Origin: Octopus vulgaris
Taxonomy: Eukaryota
Assembly: GCA_951406725.2 (NCBI GenBank)
Contig: OX597818.1
Span: 83,080,001 to 83,144,000, forward strand
Length of the DNA stretch: 64,000 nt
Reading direction: 5' to 3'
Shown: positions 1-13,269 of the stretch, piece by piece
Layout: each line of letters begins with the position of its first letter
Position numbering within the stretch: the first letter of the stretch is position 1
The notes under the pieces: generated by a model
The model's database searches: none
What the model saw: only the letters and a program-made list of their open reading frames with translations
Told to the model about the DNA's origin: nothing
Program-made: the position numbers and the translations under genes

Positions 1-756
1 TATATGTTGAGTCATGGTGTTGGGGACATACTGGATTTTAATGGAAAAGAAAATACAATGCGGCATGGATTTAAATAATGCAGTGTAGACAGCTGACATT
101 TCAGTCTCGATGGGATGATTACTATAAGTACACTTGTATAAAATGTGCAAACGTAAATAAATATATGACAATTCTTCATGGGAAAATATTACAATCATAT
201 AAAACCACATTGAGAATTATAAATATCGTATTTAATGGTATATATATCACACATGTATAGAAGACGCTATCGCGTACTAATTGCATTTTATATAAGTCGA
301 AATCGTGTACAAGGCACACTTTGTATATGTTGCACACGTGTACAGGGTGCACTGACGTATAAATTTCAACTTAACTTCAAGCGTGTAAGTTTCAACCTAG
401 TTTAAGCCGTGTCATATGTACAAGTAGCACCTCAGGTATTTTCTTGTTTAAGGGAAGCTTAGAGTAATTCGACATTTACACATAATGTAAGTTGATATGA
501 AAATTGTAAACAATCAAAATACAAAAAACACTTTCGTTTGTCGTTAAGCTGCAGGTAAGGCAGATGATTTTTTATATTGGCCACAAGGGTGCAGGATAAC
601 ATGCAGGGCAGCATGAAACGAAGTGTTTTACTCAAGAATACAGCGTTCCTTCTTCGGCAGTAATCGAACGCATGATCTTGTGTTAGTGAGTGCAAAACCC
701 CATTCACTAATCCACGGACCTTCACAGCTTTAATAGCAAGAATACATGATAGAAAG

Positions 757-965
757 CAGGCAGCTGGAAGAATCGTTAGCACGCCAGCAAATTTCTTAGC
801 GACTTTTCATCCGTCCTTATGTTTTGCGTTCATGTTTCGCTAAGGTCAGCTTTGCATTTCATCCTTTCGGGATCGATAAAATAGGTATCTGTTGAGCACT
901 AGGGTCGATAAAACCGAGTTGTTACTTTCCTACGAAACTGCTGGCCATGAGCCAAAATTTGAAGT
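757..965 (+). mobile_element. SINE family A copy (tRNA-derived, Meta/MESC-like core), degraded
   Basis: gcaggcagctggaagaatcgttagcacgcc head and tttcatcctttcgggatcgataaaataggta core match the many other family A copies in the window. Confidence 0.7.
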
Positions 966-1616
966 CAATGATACATGGAAGAAAGAAGCAAGAAAATCCG
1001 AGAAAATTAGTGTTGGAAAGCAAAAAGAAATATTCGTAGAGTGAAATAAATCGTTATGCCGAGAGTAGGAACTCAAAGGTTTTAGGTGTAAATCTTGGGT
1101 TCCTACGTCTCTTTGGTAAAAGGTTTTCTTTGAATAATTAAATTTTGCTACTTCCGAGCACAATCGTTGGATAATAATTTATTCCGCTGTGAAGTAACAC
1201 ATGGCAGCTGACATAATCTGTTAAAATATATTGTGACATGAAACGCCATGCAGGTCGCAGGACGAGACGTACATTCTATGTGGATGTCCTAGCCATGGCT
1301 CTGTCGTCGCGGTTCGCGTTGCGAAAGCAGACATTGAGAGTCAATGTCTTCAGTCTTAGCTACGGGCCAACAAATGACTTTTGAGTGGAAGCTTGTTATA
1401 AATATCAGTGTACGTGTTTGTGTATTTACCTCTGTGTATGCATGCGTGTGTGTGTGTGTGTGTGTGTGCTCGTGTGTGTGTTTGTGTGTTTCTATTTGTG
1501 TTGATCCCCTTCTCACTGCTTGAGAACCAGTGTTACTTTGTTAACGTTACCGTAACAGAAGCGGTCCGGCCAATGAGACCGATAAAATAAGTACCAAAAA
1601 TAAAAGCAAACATAAA

Positions 1617-2003
1617 GGCGCAGGCGTGGCTGTGTGATAAGAATCTTTTTTCCCAACCATATGGTTCCAGGTTTCACTTCCACTGGCTGAAACCTTGAGC
1701 AAATGTCTTCTACTATAGACGAGGGCTGACTCAATCTCTGTGAGTAGATTTGTTAGAAGCAAAGTGAAAGAAACCCGTCACATATATGTATATCTATGTG
1801 TGTGTGTCTGTATCTGTCCGTCCCCATCACCGTTTGACAATCGGTGTTGGTGTGTTTATGTCCCTGTAACTTAGCTGTTCGGTAAAACAAACCGATAGAA
1901 TAAATTTCTAGGCTTAAAAATAAGATTGTTCGATTAAAATCCTTCAAGGTGTTGCTCCAGCATGGCTACATTTAAATGACTGAAAGAAATAAAAAAATGA
2001 AAG
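1617..2003 (+). mobile_element. SINE family B copy (tRNA-like head, internal TA/TG microsatellite, gactgaaacaa tail)
   Basis: ggcgcaggcgtggctgtgtg head and gctccagcatggc...aaatgactgaaa tail, homologous to 4042-4506, 34452-34820 and others; partial copies flank it at about 1345-1600 and 2015-2100. Confidence 0.8.
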
Positions 2004-2534
2004 AATTAATACCAAAGTCGATTTATTCGACTAAACCTTTGAAGGTGGTACCCCAGCATGGCCATATTTCAATAACTAAAACAAGAAAAAGATAAAAGAG
2101 ACGAAAATAAACAAGAATAATCTTTACTCGTTTAGATTTCTAGATTGTTTCAATCTGTTTTGCCATAAAAATGCTGATGCAAACACCCAGATACATTAAA
2201 GTGATATTTCTCGAAATACATAACGATCTCCTTTAATTATTGACACTGTGGCGTATTTTCATAGAAATTCAATATTTCAACAGAAAAATGAAATCATTAA
2301 TTCGATAAGCATGACGGAATCTTAGTAAAATGTGTTAGCTTCGTTATATTTTTAACTCGATATTTTTGATAAACTCCTAAGTGTTTGGACCCACACAAAC
2401 ATTGGCATATGAAAATATGAACATTCATGCAGCCATACAGAGATAGCTATAAGCTGAGCAGATGTATATTGATAGACGGATAGATAGATATTTGAAATAG
2501 ATAAGCAGATGGAAAGAGAGATGGACAGGCAGGC

Positions 2535-2554
2535 AGACAGTTAGATAGATATAC

Positions 2555-2633
<79 letters not shown>
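2535..2633. repeat. (GATA)n microsatellite
   Basis: Direct tetranucleotide array; a second GATA tract lies at about 3205-3290. Confidence 0.95.
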
Positions 2634-2649
2634 CAGGAAGGAAGGCATA

Positions 2650-3062
2650 ATTCTTTCTACTCTAGGCACAAGGCCCGAAATTTTGGGGGAGGGGGCCAGT
2701 CGATTTGATCGACCCCAGTACGCAATTTATCGAGCCCGAAAGTATGACAGGCAAAGTCGACCTCGGTGGAATTCGAACTCAGAACGGAAAGACAGAAGAG
2801 ATACTGCTAAGCATTTTGCCTGGTGTGCTAACGTTTCTTATTTCTTTATTGCCAACAAGCGGCTAAACATAGAGGGGACAAACAAAGACAGGCAAAGGGA
2901 TTAAGTCGATTACATCGACCCCAGTGCGTAACTGGTACTTACTTTATCGACCCCGAAAGGATGAAAGGTAAAGTCGACCTCGGCGGAATGTGAACTCAGA
3001 ACGTAACGGCAGACAAAATACCCCTAATCATATCGCCCGGCGTGTTAACGTTTCTGGCAGCC
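2650..3062 (-). mobile_element. SINE family A dimer with two different 3' tails
   Basis: Two copies of cgaaaggatgaaaggcaaagtcgacctcggcggaatttgaactcagaacg-like core; tails tctaggcacaaggcccgaaa and ctaaacatagaggggacaaacaa. Confidence 0.85.
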
Positions 3063-3652
3063 TTGGAAGCAAGGCACATTAAGTGAGACAGGTAAATAGT
3101 CGGTCAGCGAAGTAAGCAGGCAAGCAGGCAGGTAGGAAATCACAGATAAATAGAAATATAGATACAAATATAGAGATACAACCAGACTGGGAGTCAGACA
3201 TCTTGATAGATAGATAGATAGATAGATAGATAGGTTGATAGACAGAGAGATAGATAGATAGATAGATAGATAGATAAATAGATAGAGAGAGAGAGAAAGA
3301 GAGTGTGTGTGTGTGTGTGTAAATAAATAGACATATTGATAAGCAGACAGAGACTACACACACTGACACCCACACATACAAAGACATACGCACACACATA
3401 CACACACACACGCATATATATATATCTACACACACTCACAGAGTGAGGTAGAGATAGAGAGAGAAAGAAAGATCAAGAAAAAGAGAGATGTATTCAAAGC
3501 AGAAACTCTATTGTGATTCTACTTTGGGTTTCACGCTTCTGAGAATACTTTAACTCCAATAATTGAATAAACTCTAAGATGACATGTAGTCATAATATGT
3601 TCTCCAGTTTATAATTGCAAACAAATCTATATCAGTATGAATGTGTGTGTTT

Positions 3653-3685
<33 letters not shown>

Positions 3686-4041
3686 CACATATATATGTAT
3701 ATAATGCCATACATACATGCATACATACACCATAAGTAGTTGTCCGAATATGTTATCAATTTTTACCTACCGATGAGATGATGTTGTACCTAGGACACTC
3801 TATAATAAAATCCGTCGCTAGTATAATCCCGAGGACAAAGAAATAAGAACACGCAGTATGGTAGAAGTTATAGCCGCTCATAATAAAAAGGAGTGCTGGT
3901 GGAATGTCCCACTGAAGATATCATTAAAATGTAAGCACAACAGACATAATGTAATGATTTGAAATAGAGAGAAGTAACTGTGCACATCTGTAGAAATTAG
4001 CTACAGACCTGATGTTAGCATAAACCTTGGACTCTCTCTCT

Positions 4042-4258
4042 CTTTTTACTACTTTACTTGTTTCAGTCATTTGACTGCGGCCATGCTGGAGCACCGCCTT
4101 TAGTCGAGCAACTTGATCCCGGGACTTATTCTTTTGTAAGCCCAGTACTTATTATATCGATCTCTTTTGTCGAACCGCTAAGTGACGGGGACGTAAACAC
4201 ACCGGCTTCGGGTGTCAAGCAATGCTAGGGGGACAAACACAAACACACAAACATATAC

Positions 4259-4341
<83 letters not shown>

Positions 4342-4506
4342 TACGACAGGCTTCTTTCAGTTTCCGTCTACCAAATCTACTCACAAGTCATTGGTCGGCC
4401 CGGGGCTACAGCAGAAGACACTTGCCCAAGATGCCACGCAGTGGGATTGAACCCGGAATCATGGGGTTGGTAAGCAAGCTACTTAACACACAGCCACTCC
4501 TGCGCC
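4042..4506 (-). mobile_element. SINE family B, near full length, with expanded internal (TA)n
   Basis: Reverse complement begins ggcgcaggagtggctgtgtg and ends gactgaaacaagtaaag. Confidence 0.9.
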
Positions 4507-5644
4507 TATTGAGAAATCTGCAGTTACTCTATCCAAATTACAGGTTCAGGTTTATACCTGTAATTATTGCTGCCTGGGATATGTAACACACTGCCTCAAT
4601 ACCATTCTTGAGAAATTAGGCTTCTCAAACCAGAAAGGAGAAAGCTAATTCGAAGACTACAGACCCAATCCATCACTGGAACTGTAAAAATCTGTAAAAC
4701 TATCCACAAGTTTATCATTTAAATACATATGAGCAAGTCTAGATAAAGAACTATATTCATGAGTATATATACATAAAGCAAACATACAAATCTGCACATA
4801 TATATGCATACATACAATCAAATGTATGTATGCATACCTTAATGTTGAAATTCCAATCAAGAGCTTTGAGTCTAGGCTAGAAACGGGATCTTTCTCTATT
4901 GGCAAGACATCTTGAAATAAAACTGAACAATGACATGCATACATACATACATACATACACACACCCACATGCGCGCACACACACATCCACCCACACATAT
5001 ATATAAGTTTGTGTGTGCCTGTGTATACACATACATACATATAGATATACACACACAGAGATAGAGAAAGAGATTACTGTACCACGTAAATATGTATATG
5101 TGTGCACTTCAGCGTGTAACCGTGTATTTTTGTGCTGAGTACTTTAGTAGCATGGAAGTAATAAGCAATCTTCATGCAGGAAATAAATAATGATCATCAT
5201 CCACAACTTCAAGGTTGGAGGCAGCAGGCTCACAGAAACGACTGAGGCAGGCTGTGATTTTACTATTAGACTGGTGCAGGTATAAAACCAGATGTAGGGT
5301 ATGTTGTTTTGTGGTCCGGATATATACGAAGTTAGACGGTGTGGAGAGGCCTAGAAATAAATTTAACGAATTTTGCATTCTCTAATATTTAGTGTACAAG
5401 CTTTCTGGCACTGGAAATAATGACGGAGAGAAACTGATGTGCCTAAAGATCTTTATCATTATTACAAATAAGAAAATGTCTTATACCACAGCATAAGTTG
5501 AATTTTGATGGGTAAAACGTAAAGTAAGTATACAATATTTTCACATGAATATATATATATATATATGTGTGTATGGGCGTGCTTGTGAGGATATATATAT
5601 AGTTAAAAGAAGATTACAGATCTACACAAATCAAATTTTTATAT

Positions 5645-5785
5645 ATAAAAGATGGAGGTGGAAATAGAACAGACGTAGTTCTGAGACATTTCAGCTGAAG
5701 AGTAAATCATATTTATTAAATTTCTCCCTCTTAAACTAAAGTGTCTCAGACCTACTTCTGTGCTATTTCCACATCCATCTTTTAT
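5645..5785. repeat. Imperfect palindrome / fold-back (MITE-like), arms about 58 bp
   Basis: ataaaagatggaggtggaaatagaacagacgtagttctgagaca is nearly the reverse complement of tgtctcagacctacttctgtgctatttccacatccatcttttat. Confidence 0.85.
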
Positions 5786-6119
5786 GCACATACAAACACA
5801 CAAACACACGTATATATGCATACATACTTACATATATATATATGTATATATAAAGTTAATCCAAACAAGAAAACAAAAAAAACACAACAACGCAAGGAGG
5901 TGGAACAAATAAAGTATTATTGGACGCCGTTTATGTATATATAAACGGCGATGCATCAGCATGGCCGCAGCTCTGAGCTGAAACAAGAAAACCAAGAAAC
6001 GAAATATATACATTTACAATGAAATGTTTAACAGTAACTCCGAATTTCATGTGTGAAGCTGACGAACAGAGCAAACTGACACTTTGAAATATATATGCAT
6101 ATATACATGTGTGTGTCTA

Positions 6120-6189
<70 letters not shown>

Positions 6190-6532
6190 GGTTACTACGA
6201 GCTTATTTAGACCTGCGTTAGAGAAGGCTAGATAAAATTTGCTAATTTTAATTTATCGATCACTTTTGAAAACACATAGCTCATTTTTCTAGATGTTACT
6301 TCAGATTTAAAATATTCCCTATACGTCCTCCGTTAAGTGCCTGCATTTACCTGAGATTATACCTTCACGGAAGTACCGACCAAACTCCATAGCCTCTGGA
6401 AAAAGATAAGCTGTGAACTTTATTCTCCTGTCTGTATTCTTCTATCTACTGTTTTACTCTTTATTCTTCTGCTTTATTCGTTTATACGCAGAGAATATCC
6501 TACCAACAAAGACTTTCCTACATACTCACCTT

Positions 6533-6612
6533 GTCTCTGATGACGCAATACCTAATGTATAGAGATGTTAACTTATCACTTGGGATATCCCAGAAACAGC
6601 TAGTTGTAAGAC
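6533..6612 (+). ncRNA. Type I hammerhead ribozyme motif (Penelope-like-element type), stem II decayed
   Basis: gtct-CTGATGA-(49 nt)-GAAA-CAGC-TA-GTT-GTA-agac; stem I gtct/agac, stem III ACAGC/GTTGT, predicted cleavage after GUA. Confidence 0.6.
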
Positions 6613-6754
6613 ATCCAATAATTAATTAATTCATTAGTTTATTAATCAATTAATTATTTCAAATTCACATTACTCTAATTAAATATTCTAAATGACTTGA
6701 GATACTCGTTCTGCCTTGGTTTTGTTGGTCCGTTTTCCTCTAATATATATATTC

Positions 6755-6965
6755 TTTTCTTCTTTTATTTGTTTCAGTTACTAGACTGTGGCCATGCTGG
6801 AGTACCGCCTTGAGGAATTTTAGTCGACCTAATCACCCTAGTGATGATTTTTTTTAATCGTGGCACTTGTTCTATTGAACTCTGTTGCCGAACCGTTAAC
6901 GTCCGGATACGTAAACACATCACACCGGTTGACAAGCGGTGGTGGAGGACAAACACAGACATACA
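6755..6965 (-). mobile_element. SINE family B, 3' half
   Basis: gtttcagttactagactgtggccatgctggagtaccgcc...ggacaaacacagac. Confidence 0.8.
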
Positions 6966-6972
6966 CATACAC

Positions 6973-7007
<35 letters not shown>

Positions 7008-7027
7008 CAATATATATATATAATATA

Positions 7028-7075
<48 letters not shown>

Positions 7076-7129
7076 TAAATAATTATTACCATTATTATTA
7101 TTATTGTTATTATTATTATTATTATTATT

Positions 7130-7667
7130 GAGTGGCGAGCAGAGCATACCATCAAAGTGACACTGGGGTAAATATACGAAGCCCAGTATACCCATCATGA
7201 CTACCCGTCTGATAAGGTACACCAGGCATGCATCACAACCATATGTGCGCGACATGGTGATCTCATATCAAGATAAACAGCACATGACCTTGCAGGTGGA
7301 GCCCAGTTAGAATTTTCTTCAGATCGAGTAACCCATCCCGCTCAAAAGTTCCCTGAATAAGGGTTGTTTAGGGACGTTGAACGAAACACCCATGTTTCTA
7401 GAGGTGAATTATTCAAACCCCAAAGAATCCTTCTCAACACATGGCTATGATGCTCCCCCACTACTTCTGCTCGTGATCAGAGATGCACATATCGTCAGCC
7501 ACTAAGGGACATGCTCAACTGGTTAAGGTCAAACAACTGACAAGCAAATCTGTGGTATTGAGCAGAATATTTGCTGTAGCCCATCTTTTATACCAAGACA
7601 AAACAATGTACATGATAACACTTCCAATCAGTTAAGATCAGAAGCCATGAGAGCCACTGCCTGGTAC

Positions 7668-7668
<1 letters not shown>
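7130..7668 (-). mobile_element. About 540 bp non-coding element embedded in (TAA)n (putative R4/Dong-dependent non-autonomous element)
   Basis: Homologous to 22208-22764 and 37538-37900; flanked on both sides by (TTA)n. Confidence 0.8.
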
Positions 7669-7708
<40 letters not shown>

Positions 7709-7736
7709 ATTATTATTATTATTATTATTATAATTG

Positions 7737-7792
<56 letters not shown>

Positions 7793-7904
7793 AGCAATAA
7801 TGATAATAATAATAATAATAATAACAATAACAATAATAATAACGGTAATAATAATGATAAATTAGCCAGCAATTATATATGTAAAATATACAAAAATATA
7901 AGTA

Positions 7905-8191
7905 GGGTACCAGAGTACAACTTGCTAGAAAGAGAACCTAACACTCCAAAACCACAAATTTCTCACTATTAATGTGATGAATATTTTAAAAAATCAGTGA
8001 GAATAGCTGACGATCCTTGAATACAAAGTTATAAAAGGTACCAGGATATCTGTTTCGTGCTTATGTAATTTATACACGGTAAGCCTATTTTATTATATTC
8101 AATGCATTCATAGTGCGTATTTATTAATAGTGAGAAATGTGCGGTTTTGGAGTGCTAGCTCCTCTTTCCAGCACGTGGTTTTCTGGTACCC
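7905..8191. repeat. Inverted-repeat element, arms about 70 bp
   Basis: gggtaccagagtacaacttgctagaaagagaacctaacactccaaaacc...ctattaat versus attaatagtgagaaatgtgcggttttggagtgctagctcctctttccagcacgtggttttctggtaccc. Confidence 0.8.
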
Positions 8192-8254
8192 AGCGTTATA
8201 TTTACATGTGTGTGTGCGTGTGTGTGTATGCATGTGTGTGTATGTGTGTGTGTA

Positions 8255-8422
8255 TGTACGACATATTTCTTTCAGTTTCCGTCTACCAAATCCACTTACA
8301 AGGCTTTGGTCAGCCCGAGGCTATAATAGAAGACACCTGCCCAAGATGCCACGCAGTGGGACTGAGCCCAGGTCCATGTGGCTGAAAAGCAAACTTCTTA
8401 CCACATAACCACGCCTTCGCCT
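8255..8422 (-). mobile_element. SINE family B, 5' half
   Basis: tttcagtttccgtctaccaaatccac...cccaagatgccacgcagtgggactga. Confidence 0.85.
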
Positions 8423-9194
8423 ATTCACAGCCACACTTAAATGAACAGTGTAAGATCCAGGGCATCATGCATCTTTAACAGAAAGCTATTTCACTGTATA
8501 TACTGATATATTCGTGTTAATTAATGCTTAAGAGATTTGGATACATTTGGACGATAGAAAACTTTCCGTCGCAGTAATAGTCCTGGGTGAAAATTCTTCT
8601 CTTGACATATATAAAAGCACATAATAGACTGTAAATGACGCCACTGGATCGTAGGATGCATGCGATTCTTTGTCCTGCAGCTCCGTCACTTAGGAGCATC
8701 TATTAATATCAGGCCAGCTAAACTTTAACAAATGAGGTAGCAGAAAGCAGCATTCTAGCTTGAACATTCTTTATGCAAATAAGCAAGTGCATCGTATACT
8801 ATTTTTATAAGAATATTTTCGTTCTTTCAGTGTATTGAATGCCTGATTACGAATACTTAGCTGACGAAGTGATAACGGAAGGTCTTCTCACGTCCGAGTG
8901 CACTCAACCCACATGAATAATGCTTTACAAGAAAAAAGTATTTTTTCAACGCTTATTCGTGCTAGAATACTTATTCAGCTGTAGCTTAACCAGACGTTAC
9001 GCAAATCAGTAAACTTATGCTATACTGTTGTATTTAGAATAATTATTTGTTATCGGATCGTGAGTGACAGATGTACTGCGTGATGACTTTTACTTAGGTT
9101 TAATCGTGCGGGAGTTTGCGTACAGACACGAGTATGTGATTTGCAGCAACCTCTTTAAGCCAAATCTATATATTTTCTCCTAATTATTTATCAA

Positions 9195-9577
9195 CTAGCA
9201 GTATCGCCCGGCGTTGCTCGGGTTTGTAAGGGAAATAACTATAAAGCATTTTTAGAGAGTTATAGCCAAAAAATAGCAAAAAATGGGAAAAAAATGATGG
9301 TAAATTCTTTTTGAGAGTTAAAAAGGTCGAGTTGCGTCCCCATGACAGTCTGTAGTTTGTGTTTCTGATTCTCGACCCCATGTCGAATTTATCGATTTTT
9401 TTCAGAACTGGGGGAACTTTTCAAAATTTTCGCTGCGTTAGTTTTGAATTATGACATTGGGCTATGAGTGTGTCAAGTTTCATCAGAAATGGTTGAAAGC
9501 CGTGGTCAGGGTGAGGGTACAACCTAACAGACACACTGACACGCAGACAGACAAACTGCCGTTTATATATAGAGAGA
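9195..9577 (-). mobile_element. Non-autonomous Helitron
   Basis: On the minus strand: 5' TC (tctctctatatataaacggc), subterminal GC hairpin cccgagcaacgccggg, 3' CTAG, inserted between host A and T with no TSD. Confidence 0.85.
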
Positions 9578-9635
9578 TTCATTTCATGCTTGTTACATTA
9601 TTTTATGTGTTTGTGTTTATGCACATCAGTGATTA

Positions 9636-10107
9636 TACGAGGTGGTATCAAAAAGTTCCCGGACTAGTTTCATGCCCAGCCACAGCCAACAGATGACAGC
9701 ACACTCTATTGTGTGCGTAGGGAAAGCAAGCAGTCACCTTCATTAGGCTGTGTACCGCGTGACATCGCTGTGTTTACTTCGAAAGTTCTGAAATTTGGGT
9801 TTTTACGGTCATATGTATGCTGAAATTTGCAACTTTGTCTTGGACAGGAACAAAGAACGAACATAAAATTTTGCGTTAATCTTAGAGAGTCTGCCACAAA
9901 CACATTGAACATGATCGGCAAGCTTACGGCAAAAAGGCAATGTGTCGTACACAATGTTTTGAGCAGCACGGGCACTTCAGAAAACACGGGCACTTCAAAC
10001 AGCACGACAGAGTCAAGGCTCAGTCAAGAGATAATGTTAAAACGTAGGTAAATAAGTAATTTTTATTAAACACAACTTATCCGGAAGTCTTTTGATGCCA
10101 TCTTGCA
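9636..10107 (+). mobile_element. Internally deleted mariner transposon
   Basis: TIR tacgaggtggtatcaaaaagttcccgg / ccggaagtcttttgatgccatcttgca; transposase N-terminus EQRTNIKFCVNLRESATNTLNMI at about 9848-9915. Confidence 0.8.
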
Positions 10108-10841
10108 TGTGCTTCAGTATGACATGTTTATCCTTCTATATAAATCATATTACAAATACTAAGAATGCATATTTTCACGTCTAAATATAAATGATAACGC
10201 ATATGCATGTGTGTACGAGTGTATAGTTATGATTTTGTAGAGACAGGCCCTGCGAAAGTATGGCGGGGAACAGACAGAATCGGTAATAAGTCGAAGAAAA
10301 TGCTTTATAGTATTTCTTTTGCATACTGAGTTGATATCCCTTTGAGGTCAGTTTTGTCTCCATTAACCGCGGGGTCGATACAATAAAGTATAAGTCTAGT
10401 ACTAGGAGTTATGTTATCGGCTTGCCCACCCACGTTGAAAATTGCCTGCTTTGAAGACTGCAGTGGACCGGTACTGAGATCTCAATAAATTTTACCGGGT
10501 ATCCGGCACTAATTCCTTGGGTTCAATGAAAATATCGTAACAGTAAAGATCTTATAACAATATACAAACACATGTAAATATATACCTGTGTTTTCTATTT
10601 GTATTGGCTAGAAGAATTTTGAATGCTTATTATATCAATCAGTGAATGGGTATATAGATTGCTAATATGTGAGAAGAAATGCTTTTCAAAGAATTCTAGT
10701 AACTTCTAGAATGTTCAATGTTTTCGGGGTATAGAAATTCGATGAAGTGTATTGTGCTTAGTTTGAAATGTTTTTTTTTTCAGAATAACGCTCTAAGTTC
10801 TTCCCTCTCTCATTCAGACATATGTTTATTCATGTTTGTGC

Positions 10842-10896
10842 TTGTGTGTGTGTGTGTGTGTGTGTGTGAGCGTATATATTTACATATATATATATT

Positions 10897-10963
<67 letters not shown>

Positions 10964-11179
10964 CATATATATATATACATATATATGTATATATATATAC
11001 ATATATATACATATATTTATATACATATATATATATATTTATATATTTATCTATTATTTATACATATATATATATATATAAATATATATATGTATATATA
11101 TAAATTCTAGATAAATATATAAATATATATATGTATATAAATATATGTATGTATATATATATATATATGTATATACATC

Positions 11180-11260
<81 letters not shown>
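10842..11260. repeat. Compound (TG)n/(TA)n/(CA)n microsatellite
   Basis: Direct observation. Confidence 0.95.
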
Positions 11261-11263
<3 letters not shown>

Positions 11264-13269
11264 AGTATGTAAGTATCTATGCATGTGTATGCATGCATGT
11301 ACGTATATGTCGTATGAAATGCAATGTTCATGCAGAAGACTTTTCTGACAGTATAATCCAACGCTAGTCGTTGCATATTGTAATTGCATTTTACAGGTGA
11401 GTGGCGCAATGACAGCAATGTTGCTTCATGCATTAAATCACACGAGAATCAGGCGTATATACCCCCAATCATATTCCATAATATGGCGCATATTCTTTCT
11501 GCGTGTGTAAACCTCTATGTGTCTTGTTTCGTGAACGACCTGTGGATATACGTACACATATGACTGCGTGAGGACTCGTTTCACTGATCCTGCTTGTGCG
11601 TTTTTCTCCAATAAAAATTGTGTGAACTTTGCAGTGCATGCATGGATATATATGAGTATGTGTATATTTGTGAACTATCCAGTGTGATTATGTATGTATG
11701 GGAATATCCTTTGTATACCCGTGGGTGTTTCCAGAAATGTGTTCTCGGAAGTATGTGTTTCTAAGTCTCCGTGCATAGACTAATGTTTGTGTGTACCTAT
11801 GTGCTTCTTTGCTTGAGTGTTAGTGCCAACTAAGTTTTCAAGAATAAGTGTGATCACTTCTTATATATCTGTGTGTTTGTATGTGTATCAGTATGAATTC
11901 ATGTGCGTGGTATGTATATGTGTGTGAATGTGAGAGAGTATGACAGCTCAGTTCTCTGGACATATAGTGTATGAATGGGAGGGCATAACAGTATGTGTGC
12001 ATATATGTGCATTGGATCTACATCTGAATATAGGTGAATCAATTATATTTATTGTATTTCATATGAGTCTATATATATGTGTCAGGATATTACTAAACTC
12101 CTTATTGCTTGTTTAAGTTCCATTAAGCTTCAAACTTGTGAATGGAGGGTTGTGTATGTGTGTTATTGTCTTGTGTGTGAATGTATGTATAGGTATGTGA
12201 ATCTGGTTGAGTGCATGAGAGTGTTTATGTGTTTTTCATAACAGAGGATATTAGGAAATGTAATTTGCTGTTTTATAATAAGAATAGGATAATTATTTGT
12301 ATGTGCATAATTGAACGCAGGTATATAAAACTACATGCATACGTACCAATGTATGCCTATATAAATATATGAATATGTGTGTGGGCGAGTAAATATATAT
12401 TCATATATGCAGACAAATGCTCATGCCAACAACATATGGGTATGTATGTGTAAATGTCTATTTATGAGGTGGGTATGCCTATTCATTTAGATGTATGTAT
12501 GCATGTTTTCATACATTTATGAATACATGTGTGCGTGAATATTTTCATCTATACGCTAAATGTGTGCGTGCGCATCTAAGTGAATATGAATATCAACGTA
12601 AGTAATGCTCCAGCATGACCTCAGTCTCTGGTTTAAACCGGTAAACAATAAGATATAAAAAATCCCTTGCATGGTTGGCGCCACGAACAATATAGTACAA
12701 AATATAATTTGACGTATTCTTTTTTTATACAAATCTTATAATACGTATGTAATAATGAGTGTTAGTGAACGTGTGGGGTGTGCCTGTGCACGAATAAATA
12801 AGCTAAGTTGCATTGACGTGTCATCAGTGCGATATAGTTACTCAATTAAATTGAACTTTTATGAATACAATTAATCAACGTTAAAATTGATATGTACCGC
12901 CCTGTATCTTGATTCTAGATTTTCGACGATCCAAGGTACCAAACACTAAACCCTGGAGGATTTAAAAACGAGATAGTTCCTTTCGCCAGTAAAATACGAT
13001 TTCAAATGAATCTCTATTTCACATGCTTTTTTTTGAAATTGAAACTTTGATACCTTCTTTAATTAGTCCGTGATTGTTTATTTTGTGGTTTAAACCTTAG
13101 TTCGGAACTGTATGGAGATAGATGGAACAGTGTTAAGCAACGAACACTTTGGCATGTGATACTTATTTTAAGCTAGTCATGTAAAATTTGTGTTCGTTTC
13201 TTATGCTCTGTATACCATGTTGAGTGATTGCATAGGGCATGTATCTTTGCTTTCTTTCATTAGTTTGCT

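Noticed and set aside
265-430. Degenerate ~16 bp repeats (cgtgtataagtcgcac-like) as a regulatory array
   Set aside because: Too degenerate; resembles subterminal repeats of the DNA-transposon-like motif at 62745-62925
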